Assembly: GCA_016839585.1 (NCBI GenBank)
Contig: JAEOTZ010000019.1
Coordinates: forward strand, 1 to 11,635
Source of the DNA: Promethearchaeota archaeon
GTDB taxonomy: Archaea; Asgardarchaeota; Lokiarchaeia; Sigyniarchaeales; SOKP01
DNA length: 11,635 nt
Direction: 5' to 3'
Positions 7,529 through 11,635 of this stretch are shown piece after piece (within the stretch, counting starts at the first letter, position 1; each line of letters begins with the position of its first letter). Both the position numbers and the translations under genes were made by a program. The notes under the pieces are model-generated. The model searched no databases. It saw only the letters and a list, made by a program, of their open reading frames with translations, and had not been told where the DNA came from.

Positions 7529-8995
7529 TTGATTTATGATGTTATTATTATTGGTGGTGGCGTTATTGGTTGTTGTATTGCACGTACTCTTTCAAAATAT
7601 GATTTAAAAATATGTTTATTAGAAAAGGAAGCTGAACTTGCTTCTGGAACAACAAAAGGAAATTCTGGAGTTGTTCATGCTGGATATGCCGCTCCAAGAG
7701 AATATATAAAGAGAAATCTATGTATTAGAGGAAATAAACTATACACTCAAGCAGCTGAAGAATTAAATTTTCCATTTCAAAGAATTGGATCCTTTGTGGT
7801 TGCTTTAGAAGATAGTCAAATTAAAGTATTAGAGGAGCAAAGAAGACAAGGAATACAAGATGGTATACCTGGATTAGAAGTAATTTTAGATAAAGAGAAA
7901 ATAAAATATATGGAACCTAATATAAATGATGAAGTTGTTGGTGTGCTCCACGCTCCTACTGCCGGGATTGTAAGTCCTTATGAAATGACATTTGCACTAG
8001 CTGATAATGCGGCTACGAATGGAGTAAAATTCCTTTTGAATCAAAAAGTTAGAAGGATTAAGCATCAAGATTATACTTTCACAATTAAAACAAAAACTCA
8101 AGAATTTAAATCACGTAATGTTATTAATGCTGCTGGTTTATATGCGGCAAGAATTTCTAAACTGGTAGGTCTAGATTATTTTGAAATTATGCCTAGGAGA
8201 GGGGAGTATATTTTATTTGATAGAAATGCACTTCATTTAAATAAAATATTATTTCCAACACCTACAAAAGTATCTAAAGGGATCCTAGTATGTCCAACAT
8301 TACATGAAAACACATTTGTCGGTCCTAATGCTCAAAATATTACTGATAAGAAAGATATCTCTACTACTGAAGCCGGACTAAAAGAGATTTTGGAAGCTGG
8401 TAGAAAATTAGTGCCAAATTTACCTGTAAGAAGTTCAATTAGAAATTTTGCTGGATTAAGAGCAGTTCCTGATACTTATGATTTTATTATTGATAATACT
8501 GATATTTATGGTTTTATTAATATTGCTGGAATCTTATCACCAGGATTAACCTCTTGTTTTGCAATAGCGGAAAAAGTTGTAGAATTCCTTGAATTATTAG
8601 GAGTAGAATTAAAAATTAAAGAAGATTACAATCCAAGGCGTCTAAAACCAGAGAGATTTAAAGATTTTTCAAAAGAAGAACTTGATCAGAAAATTAAGGA
8701 AGATCCATCATGGGGGAGAATTATATGTCGATGTGAGACAATCCCAGAGAAAGAGATTATTAATGCAATTCATGCTCCAGTAGGAGCAACTACTGTAGAC
8801 GGCATAAAATTCAGATGTAGACCTGGCATGGGACGTTGTCAAGGTGGTTTTTGTCGACCTCGTGTAATAGAAATTCTCTCACGTGAGTTAAACATTCCCT
8901 ATGAAGAAGTAACAAAAAGAGGTGAAGACACTAACTTTTTAATAGCTAAAACTAAAGATTTAACGCTTAAGGAAATAGAAGGAGGTACCGAGTAA
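7529..8995 (+). CDS. GlpA-like FAD-dependent glycerol-3-phosphate dehydrogenase / LhgO-DAO family oxidoreductase with a C-terminal BFD-like [2Fe-2S] domain
   Basis: YDVIIIGGGVIG dinucleotide fold, GTTKGNSGVVHAG, VINAAGLYA, PRRGEY, FAGLRA and GILSPGLTS. C-terminal ICRCE...CRPGMGRCQGGFC cluster motif. TTG start. Confidence 0.85.
   Translation: MIYDVIIIGGGVIGCCIARTLSKYDLKICLLEKEAELASGTTKGNSGVVHAGYAAPREYIKRNLCIRGNKLYTQAAEELNFPFQRIGSFVVALEDSQIKVLEEQRRQGIQDGIPGLEVILDKEKIKYMEPNINDEVVGVLHAPTAGIVSPYEMTFALADNAATNGVKFLLNQKVRRIKHQDYTFTIKTKTQEFKSRNVINAAGLYAARISKLVGLDYFEIMPRRGEYILFDRNALHLNKILFPTPTKVSKGILVCPTLHENTFVGPNAQNITDKKDISTTEAGLKEILEAGRKLVPNLPVRSSIRNFAGLRAVPDTYDFIIDNTDIYGFINIAGILSPGLTSCFAIAEKVVEFLELLGVELKIKEDYNPRRLKPERFKDFSKEELDQKIKEDPSWGRIICRCETIPEKEIINAIHAPVGATTVDGIKFRCRPGMGRCQGGFCRPRVIEILSRELNIPYEEVTKRGEDTNFLIAKTKDLTLKEIEGGTE
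8981..8986 (+). promoter_or_regulatory. Shine-Dalgarno sequence for the 8995 gene
   Basis: GGAGGT 8 nt upstream of the ATG, which overlaps the upstream stop (TAATG at 8993-8997), indicating translational coupling. Confidence 0.75.
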
Positions 8996-10293
8996 TGAAA
9001 CAGTATAATGCAGATGTGATTGTTATTGGATCAGGTGCTGCGGGTTTAGCAGCAGCAATAGAGGTTAAAAAAGCAAACTTAAGTGTTTTAGTTATAGAAA
9101 GAGATAAAGAACTAGGGGGAATCACCTTACAATGTATTCATAATGGATTCGGATTAAAAGAATTTGAAGAGGAATTAACTGGTCCCGAATATATCCAAAG
9201 ATTTATAAATCAAATTAAAGAATTAGAAATTCCTTATATATTAAATACAATGGTTATTGAGATTTCCAATGATAAAAAACTATATGCTGTTAATAATGAG
9301 GATGGTCTTATTGAAATAAAAGCGAAAGCAATAATTTTAGCGATGGGATGTCGTGAAAGAACAAGGGGAGCAATAAATATACCAGGATTTAGACCCGCAG
9401 GAATATATACAGCAGGTCAAGCTCAAAGATTTGTAAATATTGAAGGATATTTACCAGGCAATACCTTTGTTATTTTAGGAAGTGGAGATATAGGCATGAT
9501 TATGGCAAGAAGATTAACATGGGAGGGCTGTAAAGTTAAAGCTGTAGTTGAAATCTTACCTTACGTGAGCGGATTACTAAGAAATCAAGTCCAGTGTTTG
9601 GAAGATTATGATATTCCGCTTATTACTAGCTATACAGTGACTAAAATTCATGGGAGAGACAGAGTGAAAGGGGTTACAATCTCTAAGGTTGACAGAAATT
9701 TTGATAGAATCATTGGTTCAGATAAATTTATTGAATGTGATACTTTGCTCTTGTCCGTAGGATTAATTCCTGAAAATGAACTTACTTTAAATGCTGGAGC
9801 AGAACTATCCAAAAATGGAGGTCCTGTTGTTGATAACAATTTAGAAACTACGATTGCGGGAATTTTTACTTGTGGAAATGTTTTACAGGTTCATGATTTA
9901 GTTGATTTAGTAAGTGCAGAAGCAAAGAGAGCTGGTCAAAATGCTGTAGAATATGTTAAAAATAGATATGATAAAAAATCAAGTAAAAAAGAGATAATTA
10001 AATGTTTATCAGGAGAAAATGTCAATTATGTTAAACCCGATCGTATAAATAAAAGAGATTTGTCGAAAGATATAATATTTACGTTAAGAGTGAATTATCC
10101 TGATAGAAGAGTACTTATTCAGTTAAAGGATAATAATAACAATCTAATATATAAAAGAAAGAAAATTTACGTAATTCCTAGTGAAATGGTTGAATTAATT
10201 GTTAATTTAGAGAAAAATGGGATAGATCCTAAATGTAAATCAATTAATATTGAAGTAATACCTCGGCCAGAGGTACTAATTGAAGAGGAGTGA
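8995..10293 (+). CDS. FAD/NAD(P)-dependent oxidoreductase (pyridine nucleotide-disulfide family), partner subunit of the GlpA-like enzyme
   Basis: DVIVIGSGAAGLAAA, LGGITLQCIHNGFGL, ELTGPEY, AMGCRERTRG, second Rossmann motif VILGSGDIG, CDTLLLSVGLIPENEL and CGNVLQVHDLVD. This family typically sits between GlpA-like and DUF1667 genes. Confidence 0.85.
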   Translation: MKQYNADVIVIGSGAAGLAAAIEVKKANLSVLVIERDKELGGITLQCIHNGFGLKEFEEELTGPEYIQRFINQIKELEIPYILNTMVIEISNDKKLYAVNNEDGLIEIKAKAIILAMGCRERTRGAINIPGFRPAGIYTAGQAQRFVNIEGYLPGNTFVILGSGDIGMIMARRLTWEGCKVKAVVEILPYVSGLLRNQVQCLEDYDIPLITSYTVTKIHGRDRVKGVTISKVDRNFDRIIGSDKFIECDTLLLSVGLIPENELTLNAGAELSKNGGPVVDNNLETTIAGIFTCGNVLQVHDLVDLVSAEAKRAGQNAVEYVKNRYDKKSSKKEIIKCLSGENVNYVKPDRINKRDLSKDIIFTLRVNYPDRRVLIQLKDNNNNLIYKRKKIYVIPSEMVELIVNLEKNGIDPKCKSINIEVIPRPEVLIEEE

Positions 10294-10301
10294 TATTAAA
10301 C

Positions 10302-10688
10302 TTGTCAGAAAGTAGTCAAAGTATAGTAAAAGTAATAAGATGTATAGTTTGTCCAACTGGTTGTGAAATTCAAGCAAAAAAAAATCCAAAAGGTCAAATT
10401 TCATTTGAGGGTTATACTTGTGAAAGAGGGTTGGAATATGCAGAACAAGAGTTTTATGAACCAAAAAGGATTCTTACAACTACTATGCGGGTTGAGAATG
10501 GATTATTACCTTTAATTCCAGTAAGATCAGATAAACCTATCTTAAAAGATAAATTAAAAGATGTATTAAAGGAAATTGCAAAGATTAAAATAAAAGCGCC
10601 AATTCAAATGGGCGATGTGTTAATAGAAAATATCCTAGAATTAGGAGCAAATGTTATCGCAAGTCGTAATTTAATTAAAATAAGTTAA
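10302..10688 (+). CDS. DUF1667 family CxxC small metal/Fe-S-binding protein
   Basis: CIVCPTGC...GYTCERG..YAEQE...PKRILTTT...PVRSDKPI...APIQMGDVLIENIL..GANVIASR. TTG at 10302 preferred because GGAGTGA (10287-10293) lies 8 nt upstream; the track's GTG at 10290 is the alternative. Confidence 0.85.
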   Translation: MSESSQSIVKVIRCIVCPTGCEIQAKKNPKGQISFEGYTCERGLEYAEQEFYEPKRILTTTMRVENGLLPLIPVRSDKPILKDKLKDVLKEIAKIKIKAPIQMGDVLIENILELGANVIASRNLIKIS

Positions 10689-10691
10689 CTG

Positions 10692-10699
10692 TTTTTTTT
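10692..10699 (+). terminator. Oligo-T terminator candidate after the oxidoreductase trio
   Basis: T8 run 3 nt after the DUF1667 stop codon. Confidence 0.4.
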
Positions 10700-10716
10700 C
10701 CATTAAATCTAGTATA

Positions 10717-11172
10717 ATGACAGAAATGGATCAAATCTATAAGGTTCATGATAACTTGTACATCGGTGCATATTGGCCAAGGTTAAATTTTGAAAAATTT
10801 AAAAAAATTGGCATTACGGCTATTGTCAATTTAATGGAAGAGAATCTTTATAATCCTACACCTCAAGGTTTTTTTTATTTGCATAAAGGATTTCCAGATG
10901 ATTGGTATCCTCCTCATGAATATCTTGAAGAAATTCTCTCGTTTATTGATAAACATATAAAAACTGGAAAAATATTAGTCCATTGCTCAATGGGGGTTTC
11001 TAGAAGTGGGGGAATTATTGTTGCATGGCTATTAAAGGAAAATCCAGGTTGGAGTTGGAATGATGCTCTAAAGTATGTAAAAAAATCAAGATTGATATAT
11101 CCCGCAATAGAAATAAAACAATCTATATTGGATTATTTAGAATCAAGGGAAGGATACAGAAGATCTGATTAA
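10717..11172 (+). CDS. Dual-specificity (Cys-based PTP superfamily) phosphatase
   Basis: P-loop ILVHCSMGVSRSG (HCxxGxxRS), N-terminal DNLYIGA, GITAIVNL, general-acid loop FPDD, and C-terminal ALKYVKKSR..IYP. Confidence 0.92.
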   Translation: MTEMDQIYKVHDNLYIGAYWPRLNFEKFKKIGITAIVNLMEENLYNPTPQGFFYLHKGFPDDWYPPHEYLEEILSFIDKHIKTGKILVHCSMGVSRSGGIIVAWLLKENPGWSWNDALKYVKKSRLIYPAIEIKQSILDYLESREGYRRSD

Positions 11173-11240
11173 TTATATATTCTTCTATTGAGAGGAACGA
11201 AAATCTTTATTATTTTAAATTTTAATGAAATTAAAAAATA

Positions 11241-11257
11241 ATAAAAAAAAAATAAAA
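11241..11257 (-). terminator. Oligo-T terminator candidate for the heliorhodopsin gene
   Basis: A10 plus A4 runs on the + strand (T tracts on the - strand) 10-25 nt after the stop at 11268. Confidence 0.45.
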
Positions 11258-11267
11258 TTCTTCAAAA

Positions 11268-11635
11268 TTAACTCGGGGAGAGTACTCCTGCGAAGACAAA
11301 CCATGCAAGAAATGTCTTAGCGAATAAACTTAGTAACTGATACACCCTTTCTCCATATAGATAATCTTTCCATTTTCCTACACCTTTATATTGAAGAACC
11401 ATGTTAATAGCAAATGTATTAAAGAAAAATAGTTCAATTCCATAAATCCAATAAACAAACCAAGGAATTTCTCCTCCAATTGTCTGCGTACTAAGGAAAT
11501 AACTTGTTATAACAATCCAAGGTACAGCACCAATAATACATCCAAGTATAAAGGGAGTCCATTTTATTTTCTCATTGTTTTCCCGAGTATAAACATTATA
11601 TAGTTCCATCATTAAACCGAACATATTCATCATCG
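11268..11635 (-). CDS. Heliorhodopsin (HeR), 3' half: end of helix D to helix G; 5' part lies outside the window
   Basis: HeR motifs MNMFGLMME, G.VPW, PWFVY, FFNTFAINMVLQYKGVGKWKDYLYGERVY and SLFAK (SxxxK with the retinal-binding Lys, codon 11316-11318), followed by LAW. The frame is open to the window edge. Confidence 0.93.
   Translation of the reverse strand, partial: MMNMFGLMMELYNVYTRENNEKIKWTPFILGCIIGAVPWIVITSYFLSTQTIGGEIPWFVYWIYGIELFFFNTFAINMVLQYKGVGKWKDYLYGERVYQLLSLFAKTFLAWFVFAGVLSPS

Noticed and set aside
9648-9839. 63-aa minus-strand ORF
   Set aside because: Antisense shadow of the FAD/NAD(P) oxidoreductase.
10276-10464. 62-aa hydrophobic minus-strand ORF
   Set aside because: Antisense to two conserved genes; the Leu/Phe richness simply mirrors the A-rich sense strand.
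11628-11633. ATG ATG as the start of a 121-aa membrane protein
   Set aside because: These are internal Met codons in HeR helix D; helices A-C must lie beyond the window edge.
1-11635. CRISPR arrays, tRNA/rRNA genes, IS elements, replication origin
   Set aside because: No regularly spaced repeats, cloverleafs, transposase or integrase motifs, repeated ORB boxes or cdc6/orc1 gene were seen by eye.

Overview
AT-rich archaeal window, very probably from an Asgard archaeon (Lokiarchaeia-like). This assignment is inferred from an archaeal TFB, two stand-alone longin-like genes, frequent TTG/GTG starts and oligo-T terminators. Left to right it holds: a truncated hypothetical gene, a longin-like gene and a divergent TFB; a minus-strand cluster of an NMO/FabK-family flavoprotein, a GlcD/D-lactate-dehydrogenase-like FAD enzyme fused to a 2x[4Fe-4S] domain, and a LarA lactate racemase; a second longin-like gene followed by a small tail-anchored membrane protein; a coupled GlpA-like / FAD-NAD(P) oxidoreductase / DUF1667 trio; a dual-specificity phosphatase; and, convergent at the right edge, the 3' half of a heliorhodopsin. 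The most notable points are a membrane-embedded Glu in helix F of the heliorhodopsin, the longin plus tail-anchor pair, an ETF-less lactate module with its own ferredoxin-like domain, an NMO-family enzyme lacking its catalytic His, and a TFB with an altered Zn ribbon and B-reader. No RNA genes, CRISPR arrays or mobile elements were recognised. All family calls come from motif recognition by eye, not database searches.
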